Virus record (IMG/VR): IMGVR_UViG_2974705165_000001
Coordinates: 97 to 64,096 of that record
Origin: a virus
Lineage: Duplodnaviria > Caudoviricetes
Length of the DNA stretch: 64,000 bases
Direction: 5' to 3' (one strand)
Made by a program: the position numbers and the translations under genes. The notes under the pieces are model-generated. The model searched no databases, was not told the DNA's origin, and was given only the letters and a program-made list of their open reading frames with translations. Positions 1 through 9,541 of the stretch are shown one piece after another (positions within the stretch are counted from its first letter, which is position 1; every line of letters begins with the position of its first letter).

Positions 1-31
1 CCGCGTTCACGCCTATCCGCCACACCGGCAC
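1..31 (+). repeat. Terminal overlap identical to 63970-64000 (circular assembly overlap)
   Basis: CCGCGTTCACGCCTATCCGCCACACCGGCAC is present at both ends. Confidence 0.95.
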
Positions 32-869
32 CACGCTCGGCCTGTCGAAGGAAGCCCTCCAGTCAGAGGAAATCCGCGACGACCGTCAGATCGCCGACTT
101 CCGCCACGGTGCGTTCCAGACCGCTGGTGACATCAGCGCTGAACTGAGCTACGGCTCGTTCGACACTATGCTGGAAGCTGTGCTCTGCGGCACCTGGGCC
201 ACCGACGCACCCGCTGTCGGCACCGACCAGCTGAAGGCTGGCACCATCCGCCGTTCGTTCACCGTCGAGCGGTTCTTCGGCGACCTCCAGGCTGCCCAGA
301 AGCCGTACCACCGCTTCACGGGCGTGGAGTTCAACACCCTGGGCCTCGCCATCGCTGCGAACGCCATGGTCACCGCCACCTTCGGCGTGATCGGCCAGAA
401 CTTCGCGACGGACACTGCCCAGCTCGCTGGCGCGACCTACAGTGCTGCCTCGACCACCTCGCCCTTGGACTCGTTCTCCGGTACGCTGAACGAGAACGGC
501 TCGCTGATCGCCGTGATCACTGAGATCCAGTTGAACATCGAGAACGGCCTGGAGGCTCGCTACGTCGTGGGCTCGAAGGCTTCGATCCGCCCGTCCATCG
601 GTCGTTCGAATGTCTCCGGCACTATCACTGCCTACTTCGAAGACTCCGTCCTGCTCGACAAGTTCGTGAACGAAGTTGAGTCTGACATCGAGTTCACGCT
701 GCCGGACGGCGCTGGCAACGTGCTGAAGTTCAAGCTCCCGCGCATCAAGTACAACGGCGGCCAGCCGGATGTTCAGGGCGAAGGCCCGGTCACCCTCAGC
801 ATGCCCTTCCAGGCTCTGCTGGACTCCACCACTGGCACCAACCTCATCATCGAACGGACGCCTGCATAA
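1..869 (+). CDS. Major tail tube protein, C-terminal part (begins at 63900 and crosses the circular junction)
   Basis: Frame open from position 3 to TAA at 867-869 and in frame with ATG 63900 (MANGSRHSMRLVPEVAYGVTPANPAFTPIRHTGTTLGLSKEALQSEEIRDDRQ...). Lies between tail terminator and tail chaperone. Confidence 0.88.
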   Translation, partial: AFTPIRHTGTTLGLSKEALQSEEIRDDRQIADFRHGAFQTAGDISAELSYGSFDTMLEAVLCGTWATDAPAVGTDQLKAGTIRRSFTVERFFGDLQAAQKPYHRFTGVEFNTLGLAIAANAMVTATFGVIGQNFATDTAQLAGATYSAASTTSPLDSFSGTLNENGSLIAVITEIQLNIENGLEARYVVGSKASIRPSIGRSNVSGTITAYFEDSVLLDKFVNEVESDIEFTLPDGAGNVLKFKLPRIKYNGGQPDVQGEGPVTLSMPFQALLDSTTGTNLIIERTPA

Positions 870-1306
870 TGACTGACACGACCAAGAAGACTGGGATGGA
901 GGCGTTCTTCACGCGCTCCATCGCCAACGAAGGCATCGAGCTGCCCCTGTACGCCCCGACCGGGGAGAAGACCGAGCACTGGCTACGTGTGCGTGGTATC
1001 GACTCGGACGAGTTCCGCACAGCGGAGGCTAACTCCAAGCGGGACGCCTTCCAGATCGCCTCCGTGGAAGACCTGGCAGAGCGCACTCGCTTGATCGCCG
1101 AATCCCAGCGTAAGCTGGTCGCCAGTCTCGTGGTCGGTTGGTCCTTCGAGCAGGAGTGCACTCTCGAGAACGTGATGGCTTTCTTCCGGGAGGCCCCTCA
1201 GATCCAGGAGGCGGTTGACCGGACAGCGAGCCGTCGCGCACTTTTTTTCGCAGGAAGATCGAGCAGCTCGCCGCTTTCGCCGAGCACGAGTTCCGACTCG
1301 ATCTGA
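869..1306 (+). CDS. Tail assembly chaperone (gpG-like)
   Basis: Between tail tube and tape measure; contains slippery heptamer T TTT TTC at 1243-1249. Confidence 0.85.
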   Translation: MTDTTKKTGMEAFFTRSIANEGIELPLYAPTGEKTEHWLRVRGIDSDEFRTAEANSKRDAFQIASVEDLAERTRLIAESQRKLVASLVVGWSFEQECTLENVMAFFREAPQIQEAVDRTASRRALFFAGRSSSSPLSPSTSSDSI

Positions 1307-1605
1307 TACCCAAGGGGTCGAAGCAGACGCTTCGGGCGAGCCTCCAACAGGTCTGGAAGACCTTGCGGAGGAAGCCCAGGCAGCTGGCCGAGGCCCCTGC
1401 CCTGCCTGAGGAACTCAAGTATGTGTGGGAGTGGTACAGGGAAGTGTTCACCGGCCAGCCGCTGACGTATTCAGAGCTGCACCACTGGTCCAGTCTGACG
1501 GGCAAGCGGCTCCAAGGCTGGGAGGCAGAACTGATTAAGTCGTTAGACAGGATTTTCTGGAAGGTGCAGCATGACGGATATCGCTCGGCTACAGATTCGA
1601 ATTGA
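1243..1605 (+). CDS. Tail chaperone -1 frameshift extension (gpGT-like)
   Basis: The -1 frame is open from the slippery site (FFRRKIEQLAAFAEHEFRLDL...) through the listed 1363..1605 ORF. Confidence 0.8.
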   Translation, partial: FFRRKIEQLAAFAEHEFRLDLIPKGSKQTLRASLQQVWKTLRRKPRQLAEAPALPEELKYVWEWYREVFTGQPLTYSELHHWSSLTGKRLQGWEAELIKSLDRIFWKVQHDGYRSATDSN

Positions 1606-4042
1606 GTCCCTGGAAGCCCAGGTGGCGCAGCGCCGCCTGGACTCCCTGGGCAAGAGCGCCGGGGGCGCTGAACGAGCTTCCTCCGGTCTTATGGGCGCTT
1701 TCAAGGGCCTGCTCGGACCGCTCACTGCGGTGGTTTCGGCTACCGCAGCTCTCAACAAGTTGGTCGACGTACAACGCCAGTTCGACGTTCTCAATGCTGG
1801 GCTCGTAACCGCCACAGGTTCCGCCGAGGGTGCATCTCAGGCATTCGAGGCGCTCCAGGACTTCGCAGCCAACACTCCGTACGACCTCGCCCAAGTGACC
1901 GACGGCTTCACCAAGCTCGTGAACCTGGGCCTCACGCCCAGCGAGCGAGCCCTGCAGTCCTACGGCAACACCGCTTCGGCCATGGGCAAGGACATGATGC
2001 AGCTGATCGAGGCCGTCGCTGACGCCTCCACCGGCGAGTTCGAACGTCTCAAGGAGTTCGGCATCAAGGCCAAGCAGGAGGGTGACAAGGTCACCTTCAC
2101 CTTCCGTGGCGTCAAGACGGAGATCGGCAACAACGCCCAGGAAATCGAAGAGTACCTGATGCGCCTCGGCGAGAACGAGTTCGCCGGTTCCATGGCAGCT
2201 CGAATGGACACCCTCGACGGGGCGCTCTCCAACCTGGGCGACGAGTGGGACGCTCTATTCCGCAATGTCTCGCAGCAGGGCGTGGGCGATGTCATCGAGG
2301 ACGGCGTGCGCCTCGCTATTGATGTGCTGGCCGAGCTGAACGCGATGCTCTCTTCTGGCGAGATGGAGGGCTACCTGGACGCAATTGCAGGCAAGTTCTC
2401 CGGCTTCGGAGAGGACATACAGCAGACCGTTCAGATTCTAACCAAGTTCATCAAGGACAACTTTGGGGAGTGGTCGGACGAAGGTTCCGCCGTGGTGGAC
2501 TTCATCATCGACGCCTTCAAGAACTTCCCAGAGAACGTGCGGGCCTTCGTCCAGATCGCAGCGGTGGAGTTCTCCCACCAGCTGGAACTGATGAAGTCCG
2601 ACGCGACCCTCTGGGCAGACTCTGTCAAGGCCATCTTCAACGACGACACCCTGGACTCCGCTGCCCAGCGGCACGCGGCACGCTACCAGGCCCTGGCGGA
2701 GGCTCGTCTCAGTTCCATCAGCGATATCATGGCGGAGCGCGATGCGGCACTGAAGTCGTTCGACGATCAGATGGCCGCTTCGAAGAAGCTGAGAGAGCAG
2801 TACGACAAGGACCAGGAAGCTCGCAGGGCACAGGGCGGCGACCGGCTGGCTGGCTTCAAGGTCGGCGGCGATGGTGGTTCCTCGGCCTCCTCCGGGGCTT
2901 CGAAGGAGCAGGAGCGTGCGGCCAAGCAGCGGGAGAAGGACTTCCAGAATCTGGTGGCCTCCCTACGGACCGAGGAGGAGGCTATCGCTGAGTCCTACGC
3001 CAAGCGCAGGGCCATCATTGAGGCCAACACCCCGGACGGCTCTGCGCAGCGGGCAGACCTTCTAGCGCGGCTCGACCAGGACCATGCGGCACAGCTCGAG
3101 AAGATCCAGGAGCAGCAGAACTCCGAGGTGGAGAGCCTGCGTTCTCAGCTGATGACCGAAGAGGAAGCCATCGCTGAGTCCTACCAGAAGCGCATGGAGA
3201 TCATCGCGCAAGCCAAGAACCTGGAGTCGGCTCAGCGCACCGAGATGGAAGCTCGGGTCGCTGAAGAGCGGGACAAGGCTCTGGCCAACATCGAAGCCCA
3301 GCGGCAGCAGGAGCGGGATTCGCTCTACAACAGCCTCCTCACCGAGGAGGAGATGCTGATTCAGGCATATGATCGCAAGAAGCAGTTGATCCTTGACAGC
3401 GAAGCGGTCACCGAGGTTGAGCGCCAGGATCTTCTCCGACGACTGAAGCAACAGTTCGACGAGGAGCAGGCTCAGGCGGAGAACAAGCGGCTCCAGACCC
3501 AGCTGAACGGAGCGGCTCAGCTGTTCGACGGCATGGCTGGGCTGGCGAAGGCTTACGGTGGCGAGCAGTCGAAGGCTTACAAGGCTCTCTTCGCCGTAAG
3601 CAAGGCGTTCTCCATCGCCCAGGCCGCAATGTCCATTTCCACCGGCCTCGCTAAGGCCCAGGAGCTGGGGTGGCCCGCCAACCTCGCTGAGATGGCACGG
3701 GTCGCGGCGACTGGGGCCGGCATCGTCTCCCAGATTCAGGGGTCGAACTTCTCGGGTGCATACGACCAGGGCGGCCAGATCCCTGCCGGCAAGTTCGGCA
3801 TCGTAGGAGAGTACGGCCCTGAAATAGTTCGTGGTCCGGCCTCTGTCACTGGGCGAGTTGCCACGGAGCGGATGATGCGCGAAACTTCCGGGGAAAGTGC
3901 TCAGGCCTCTCCTCCTGTGGTGAACGTCCGCAACATCAACGTGATGGATCCGTCCGTTGTGGGCGACTACCTCGGCACGGACGACGGCGAGCAAATGATC
4001 ATGAACGTGGTGCAGCGTAACCAAGCTGTCCTCGGTCGATAA
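1571..4042 (+). CDS. Tail tape measure protein
   Basis: 823 aa, Ala/Glu-rich; tape-measure motif LQDFAANTPYDL...EAVADASTGEFERLKEFGI; internal TEEEAIAESY repeats; position after chaperones. Confidence 0.93.
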   Translation: MTDIARLQIRIESLEAQVAQRRLDSLGKSAGGAERASSGLMGAFKGLLGPLTAVVSATAALNKLVDVQRQFDVLNAGLVTATGSAEGASQAFEALQDFAANTPYDLAQVTDGFTKLVNLGLTPSERALQSYGNTASAMGKDMMQLIEAVADASTGEFERLKEFGIKAKQEGDKVTFTFRGVKTEIGNNAQEIEEYLMRLGENEFAGSMAARMDTLDGALSNLGDEWDALFRNVSQQGVGDVIEDGVRLAIDVLAELNAMLSSGEMEGYLDAIAGKFSGFGEDIQQTVQILTKFIKDNFGEWSDEGSAVVDFIIDAFKNFPENVRAFVQIAAVEFSHQLELMKSDATLWADSVKAIFNDDTLDSAAQRHAARYQALAEARLSSISDIMAERDAALKSFDDQMAASKKLREQYDKDQEARRAQGGDRLAGFKVGGDGGSSASSGASKEQERAAKQREKDFQNLVASLRTEEEAIAESYAKRRAIIEANTPDGSAQRADLLARLDQDHAAQLEKIQEQQNSEVESLRSQLMTEEEAIAESYQKRMEIIAQAKNLESAQRTEMEARVAEERDKALANIEAQRQQERDSLYNSLLTEEEMLIQAYDRKKQLILDSEAVTEVERQDLLRRLKQQFDEEQAQAENKRLQTQLNGAAQLFDGMAGLAKAYGGEQSKAYKALFAVSKAFSIAQAAMSISTGLAKAQELGWPANLAEMARVAATGAGIVSQIQGSNFSGAYDQGGQIPAGKFGIVGEYGPEIVRGPASVTGRVATERMMRETSGESAQASPPVVNVRNINVMDPSVVGDYLGTDDGEQMIMNVVQRNQAVLGR

Positions 4043-4051
4043 GGAGCTGAC

Positions 4052-5608
4052 ATGGCGTTCGAAGTAGGCACAGCGGCCAACATGGAGGACTTCTTCACGA
4101 AGATCCTCAACTTCCTGACCACCAGCCCCGCGCTGGTGGAGGCCAACCAACAGTGGGAGGTTCTGGAAGTCTACCGCGACAACCTGGAATCTCTGGCGAT
4201 TAACTTCACCGAGGTTGACAGTTCCGTCGCTGGTGGTAAGCGACCCATCCACGGCATGCGACGTGACAATCGCACCCTGGGCAGCGACAACCCGACCAGC
4301 GCGAACTCCATTGGGGCGGTCCAGGGTGGGGGCGTCGTGGCCGGAACTTCCCACATGACCATGAAGTTGAGGGTGGCGAAGGAGATCACGAGTGTCCGGC
4401 TGAGAAGCCCATACAGCTCCGCTGTGAGCACCATGATCTCAAACTTCCGACTTCAGTATTCTGACGATGGTGCAACCTGGACCACCGCTCTCACTGTAAG
4501 CTCGAACCCGACCTACGCCATGGGTGAGCAGAAGAGCTTCAACGTGCCAGTCGCAACAGGCCCCCGCCTTTACTGGAGGCTCCGCATTGACAGCCTGCAG
4601 AATGGATCCACTACTGCCACCACCGCCTACTGGGACAGCGTGTTGCTGATGACCGCCTCTGGCGAGATTGCCAACCACTTCGGCAGTGAATGTGTGCTGA
4701 AGGCGAGAGGCAACGCGGGGGCCGATGCCATCTACACCGGCCTCGCTACCGAGTATGACAGCGCTGCTGGGTGGTATAATCTCTTCATCAATGGTTACAC
4801 CGGCTACGACCCGAACGTGACCTCCTGGTTCGAGCAGCCCGGCGCTCTGCCCAGCTACCGCAATCAGCAGGGCGGCTATACGCTGGCAGTGCCGATGGTG
4901 CCACTGTGGAACGATCAGATGCCGTACTGGTTCGCAGCCTCTGGGCGATCCTTCCGGTTCGGTGTCAAGGTTTCGACCCAGTACGAGGGAGGCTACATGG
5001 GGTTCATCCTCCCGTACGCCACCCCTGGACAATATCCGTACCCACTGGCCATCGGCGGTTCTCTGGTCCCCACCTCGGGTTCTCGCTCCGACGTATGGCG
5101 TTATTCGTTCAATAGCTTTCGCCACAGCGTGTTCGTCTGCCCTGGGTGTGGGGGCGACCCGGACGCTAGTGCCGAGAGCGTGGACACTACACTATACCTT
5201 CGATTGCCGGACGGCACCTGGGGCTTCGTCGGGCAGAGATATACCCGCTCCGGCTCGGATCCGAATGCCATCATAGCATCCGGTTACTCCGGTGGCACAG
5301 CCCCCACCTTCAGCGGGCCTCGCCGAGGCATGTGGCCTTTGTCGACGCGGCACCATGGAAACACTGCCGGCTTTGCCCGAAGAGACTACAGGGAGATTAT
5401 GGGAGGAGGCTACCTCACTCAACCGCTCATCATCCATCAGCGATTGCCGTTCGCTGCGGTCTGGGGCGAACTCGAAGGAGTATATCAGATCTCCGGGTTC
5501 AGCAACGCAGCTGAGAACACTGCAGTGGTGGGTGGGAAGAACCACATCATTCTCCAGAACGTGGCTCGTACTGAAGTCCACGAATACTGGTCTCTCGAAC
5601 TGAGCTAA
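4052..5608 (+). CDS. Virion tail protein with inserted discoidin/F5-8C-like carbohydrate-binding domain
   Basis: Follows tape measure; AAGGAG RBS; segment ITSVRLRS...FRLQYSDDGATWT...RLYWRLRI resembles the F5/8 type C fold. Confidence 0.65.
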   Translation: MAFEVGTAANMEDFFTKILNFLTTSPALVEANQQWEVLEVYRDNLESLAINFTEVDSSVAGGKRPIHGMRRDNRTLGSDNPTSANSIGAVQGGGVVAGTSHMTMKLRVAKEITSVRLRSPYSSAVSTMISNFRLQYSDDGATWTTALTVSSNPTYAMGEQKSFNVPVATGPRLYWRLRIDSLQNGSTTATTAYWDSVLLMTASGEIANHFGSECVLKARGNAGADAIYTGLATEYDSAAGWYNLFINGYTGYDPNVTSWFEQPGALPSYRNQQGGYTLAVPMVPLWNDQMPYWFAASGRSFRFGVKVSTQYEGGYMGFILPYATPGQYPYPLAIGGSLVPTSGSRSDVWRYSFNSFRHSVFVCPGCGGDPDASAESVDTTLYLRLPDGTWGFVGQRYTRSGSDPNAIIASGYSGGTAPTFSGPRRGMWPLSTRHHGNTAGFARRDYREIMGGGYLTQPLIIHQRLPFAAVWGELEGVYQISGFSNAAENTAVVGGKNHIILQNVARTEVHEYWSLELS

Positions 5609-5617
5609 GGGGCTGTC

Positions 5618-6622
5618 ATGGGATATCAAACTGGGGTTGCTAGCGGCGTCAACGATCTGCTGGACAAGATTCGACTGTTCGCCATCGACCAGGGCTGGAC
5701 TGTCAACCGCTGGAGCACACACACCTACGGGCGAGAGCTGTGTGTCCAGAAGGGCACGGCCTTCTTCAACATGCGCTCCTATGAGCAGGGTCAGAGCGTC
5801 CTGGTCAACGGAAGCTCTTCCGGCACAGCAGCCAATCCTAAGTATGGCATCGTCCTGACCGGATCCGATGGCTACTCGGGAGGCGCAGCCTGGGACCTTC
5901 AACCTGGGTATCCCCGGCGTTCCGCCGACGCGTCGCAGGCAGCCCATGCCTTCCTGCCGCTTGTCACCAACTTCGGCCCGTTTCCGACCTACCACTTGTT
6001 GGCACCGGACGACAAGTGTATCTACCTGGAGCTGGAAGTCACGACCGGCGTGTTCCAGCGCCTTGGCTTCGGATCGCTGGACCTCTTCAACCCCGCTGTC
6101 GCAGGCGGTGGCCGATTCTTCTACTCCACGCGGAACGACCATGTAACGAACTCGACCGCTTCGAACACGTGGCTGGGCAGTGATATTGACAACGGCAACT
6201 TCGCTGGCGAAGAAGTGCCCTTCAGGTCGGCCCAGTTCGCGTCCACGATGAACTCCGCCTCTTACGTTCGATGCTCCTTCGGGGCATTCGACGGGTGGGC
6301 AGGTTCCGCTCGCTGGCCATCTTACACGCAGACAAGCCAGTGCTGCCAGGGTGGGTTCACCCACGATGGCCTGCTGGCTGAGCTGGGCTCTAACCCGCTG
6401 AACGGCATCGCGATGCTGACCCCCAACGTGGTCTCTGTCCAGATTGGGGGTGAGTTCCTCAGCCCGCTGGGAGTTGTGCCGGGCATGCGCTACATGGACA
6501 TGACGAAGTATCTTCCAGGTGACGAGTTCACCCTGGGCAGCGACACCTGGAAGGTGTTTCCTTGGTATCAAAAGGGTGGTCGTTCTTGGCAGCGCGGTAT
6601 CGCACACAAGAAGGTGATCTGA
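5618..6622 (+). CDS. Virion tail structural protein
   Basis: 334 aa in the tail module; N-terminus MGYQTG...DLLDKIRLFA and C-terminus PGDEFTLGSDTWKVFP are typical of this tail type. Confidence 0.65.
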   Translation: MGYQTGVASGVNDLLDKIRLFAIDQGWTVNRWSTHTYGRELCVQKGTAFFNMRSYEQGQSVLVNGSSSGTAANPKYGIVLTGSDGYSGGAAWDLQPGYPRRSADASQAAHAFLPLVTNFGPFPTYHLLAPDDKCIYLELEVTTGVFQRLGFGSLDLFNPAVAGGGRFFYSTRNDHVTNSTASNTWLGSDIDNGNFAGEEVPFRSAQFASTMNSASYVRCSFGAFDGWAGSARWPSYTQTSQCCQGGFTHDGLLAELGSNPLNGIAMLTPNVVSVQIGGEFLSPLGVVPGMRYMDMTKYLPGDEFTLGSDTWKVFPWYQKGGRSWQRGIAHKKVI

Positions 6623-6623
6623 A

Positions 6624-8297
6624 ATGGCTGAGGTCGTGATCCTCGGGAAGTATCCCGTCCTCTACGGCGCACGCCCCGTTCCGGGGCAGCAGGAGGGGGC
6701 AGACGGCGTGTTCTACGAGGACGGCAGCCCGCCGTACCTCGACAACGTGCTCGCCCCGTCTGCAGCCTCTAGGGGCGTCGTAACCAGCAACCTACCCATC
6801 GGCGAGGTGGAAAACCGGGTAGCGGCCCAGCGGAGGCCAACCTTCCTGGACGACTTCTACAACCGCATCCACATACAGCCCTCCCGGTTGGAGCTGGGCA
6901 ACCTCCTGTCCACCCAGGTTCGTCAGGTGGAGGTGTGGAGCGCCTACTTGGAGCCACAGCTGCTGAACGCCGTGACCCAGGTGGGCACGGATGGCATTCA
7001 GCTGACTCAGCCGCAGGCAGCCCCAACCTACTTCGCTGCGCTCGAGACCAGAGTTTACGTGCTGAACATCAGCACCAACGGGTCGCCGGTGATCGACGCC
7101 ACGTACACCTTCGACTTCCAGGGCGAAAACCCGACGCTGCGCATCACTGGTCGAAGAGTGGTGGTGTGGCCGTTCATGCCCCAGACCAAGCACCGCGAAG
7201 GTCTTGAATGGAAAACCGACATCATCCCGAGCTTCAAGAACGAGCAGCGTCTCGCGCTGCGAGCGGCCCCGCGACAGACGTTCTCGTTCGACTTCCAGCT
7301 TGATAACCACCAGTTCAGCCGTGCCAAGGCCATCGCCACCCAGTGGGCCCACCGGGTCTACGGCATCCCGGTCTGGTCCGAGCTGACCCGCCTGGGCGCT
7401 CTCCCCATGGGCACGTCTGAGCTTCAACTCGACACGACCCAGGCGGACTATCGGGCCGACGATCTAGTCATACTCTGGGAGAGCGACAGCAAGTGGGTCG
7501 CGGTGGAAACGACTACTGTCACGCCGACTTCGGTCGCTCTCAAGCTCCCACTCGAGTCCAGCTTCATGAACGCCTACGTGGCCCCGCTCCGGTTCGCTCG
7601 CACTCCAGGGGGGATGGAGTTCCGGCGCTCCAGCAACGATATTGCCACGGCCAAGGCCACGTTCCTGGTGACGGTGAACAAAGACCTCGGAGGCTCCGGT
7701 TCCTGGCCGACCTACCGTGGTAAGGATGTCATGCTGGAGCGACCTGTGCTTGTCGGAGACCTGACGGAAAGGCTCGTCCGGAGCACAGATGAGTTCGACA
7801 ACGGTTCCGGCCCTGTGATTGTAGACATCCAGAACGACTGGGTGACTAGCACCAAGATGGTCACGTTCGACACCCTGACCCGAGCCGACCGCTGGGCTGT
7901 TCGCCGCTGGATCCACTCTCGTCGTGGCCGTCAGAAGGCGTTCTGGCTGCCGAGCTGGAACCCGGACTTGATCATGGTCGAGAACCAAGGTGCCCAGAGC
8001 ACAGCGCTGACTGTCCGCCCGATCAGCTATCCTCTATACTACGGCATCAAGGACATCATGGTCCAGCTGAACGACGGCAGAAGGTTCTTCCGCCGAGTTC
8101 TGAACGCCTCGGTGGATCCCCAGGGCAACGAGATTCTGAACCTGGACGAGTCGTTTGGCACCGCCTTCACAATCGGCGAAGTGGCGTTCATCTGCTTCAT
8201 GTCCCATGTCCGCTTTAACGCTGACAAGATCGATGTATCCCACGCCAGTGCTGGTCGGGCCACGATCTCTATCCCAGTAACGGAGACGCCTGAATGA
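6624..8297 (+). CDS. Tail/distal structural protein
   Basis: 557 aa; EQRLALRAAPRQTF and RRGRQKAFWLPSW motifs; tail module context. Confidence 0.7.
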   Translation: MAEVVILGKYPVLYGARPVPGQQEGADGVFYEDGSPPYLDNVLAPSAASRGVVTSNLPIGEVENRVAAQRRPTFLDDFYNRIHIQPSRLELGNLLSTQVRQVEVWSAYLEPQLLNAVTQVGTDGIQLTQPQAAPTYFAALETRVYVLNISTNGSPVIDATYTFDFQGENPTLRITGRRVVVWPFMPQTKHREGLEWKTDIIPSFKNEQRLALRAAPRQTFSFDFQLDNHQFSRAKAIATQWAHRVYGIPVWSELTRLGALPMGTSELQLDTTQADYRADDLVILWESDSKWVAVETTTVTPTSVALKLPLESSFMNAYVAPLRFARTPGGMEFRRSSNDIATAKATFLVTVNKDLGGSGSWPTYRGKDVMLERPVLVGDLTERLVRSTDEFDNGSGPVIVDIQNDWVTSTKMVTFDTLTRADRWAVRRWIHSRRGRQKAFWLPSWNPDLIMVENQGAQSTALTVRPISYPLYYGIKDIMVQLNDGRRFFRRVLNASVDPQGNEILNLDESFGTAFTIGEVAFICFMSHVRFNADKIDVSHASAGRATISIPVTETPE

Positions 8298-9103
8298 GCT
8301 ATTCCGAATTTGAAGACTCGCTCGATCGGGGGACGCCGGTCGAGCTCTACGAGTTCACGCAGGGTCTCAGCCGGTGGTACTACGCCAGCGGAGAGGAGCA
8401 GGTCATCCGCCTGGGCCAGGTCTACAAGCCCATGCCGCTGGTCCGGGATCGGATCAAGCAGACCCAGGACACCTTCAAGGATAGCCTTCGCCTCACCTTC
8501 CCACGGGACGATGAGTTCGCCTCCCAGTTCCTAGGCTTCGCGCCGGAGGAAGTCACGACAGTCTCAGTCCTCCGTGGGCACTACGGCGACGCCGCTGCAG
8601 AGTTCATGACTTACTGGAAGGGTCGGGTGGTCGGAGCCAAGGCCAGCGGGAACACTGTCAACATCGATTGCGAGTCAGTGTTCACCTCGATCAAGCGCCC
8701 TGGGCTTCGCGCCAAGTTCGAGTACGGCTGCCGCCGCACCCTGTACGCCAGGGGCTGCAACGTGAACCGCGAGGCTTACCGGCTCGACGGCGAGGTGATA
8801 TCCATCGCTGGTGGGCTCCGTGTCGGGGTGGCGGGCTCCGCGAACAAGGGGGACGGCTACTTCACGGGTGGTATGCTAATCGCTCCTAGCGGTGCCTCGC
8901 GGTTCCTGACAGCCCACTCAGGGGATATCGTCACTCTTGCGAGGCCCCTGCCCGAGCTCGTGGGTGGGATGGTCGTCAAGATCTACCCTGGGTGCGACCA
9001 CCTCATGGGCACTTGCCAGGGCAAGTTCAACAACCTGGATAACTTCGGAGGGTTCCCTTGGGTCCCGACGAGAAATCCGTTCGACGGCAGCTCAATCGTC
9101 TGA
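8294..9103 (+). CDS. Tail hub protein (BR0599/gpL-like, Cys-containing)
   Basis: CRRTLYARGC and YPGCDHLMGTCQGKFNNLDNFGGFPWVP signature. Confidence 0.85.
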   Translation: MSYSEFEDSLDRGTPVELYEFTQGLSRWYYASGEEQVIRLGQVYKPMPLVRDRIKQTQDTFKDSLRLTFPRDDEFASQFLGFAPEEVTTVSVLRGHYGDAAAEFMTYWKGRVVGAKASGNTVNIDCESVFTSIKRPGLRAKFEYGCRRTLYARGCNVNREAYRLDGEVISIAGGLRVGVAGSANKGDGYFTGGMLIAPSGASRFLTAHSGDIVTLARPLPELVGGMVVKIYPGCDHLMGTCQGKFNNLDNFGGFPWVPTRNPFDGSSIV

Positions 9104-9113
9104 GGAGTTCACC

Positions 9114-9347
9114 ATGGGCTGGGTAGCACTAGTCATCGCAGTCATCGCCATCGTTGTGGCCTACGTCATGGCTCCCAAGCCGGAGAGCAGGCCCCCGGCA
9201 GGGCTCAGCGAGTTCCAACTGCCAACCGCAGAGGTAGGTCGAGAGATCCCTGTTCTGTTCGGCACCAGAATTATCGAAGGTCCTAACGTAGTGTGGTACG
9301 GCCACCTCAAGGCCGTGCCCGTCAAGAAGAAGGGTGGCAAGAAGTGA
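9114..9347 (+). CDS. Small tail assembly protein
   Basis: GAGGAG RBS, ATG 9114; hydrophobic N-terminus followed by PTAEVGREIPVLFGT...GPNVVWYG. Confidence 0.75.
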   Translation: MGWVALVIAVIAIVVAYVMAPKPESRPPAGLSEFQLPTAEVGREIPVLFGTRIIEGPNVVWYGHLKAVPVKKKGGKK

Positions 9348-9541
9348 CAGATCAGGTTATAGTCCGCATGGAGCACTGCCGCCAGCTGCGCTACTGCGCA
9401 AGGGGAGTGCGAGAACTGTTCCTCCGCTGTGGGTTGGATTACTCCGACTTTCTGGCGAACGGCATACCTGCCGAGAAGCTCCTGGAGGCTTCTAACAACG
9501 ACGCGATGGTCCAGGACGTGGTGGAGGTGGCTCGTGGGTAG
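9344..9541 (+). CDS. Small tail-associated protein
   Basis: GTG start overlapping the upstream stop; YCARGVRELF...GLDYSDFLANGIP. Confidence 0.65.
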   Translation: MTDQVIVRMEHCRQLRYCARGVRELFLRCGLDYSDFLANGIPAEKLLEASNNDAMVQDVVEVARG

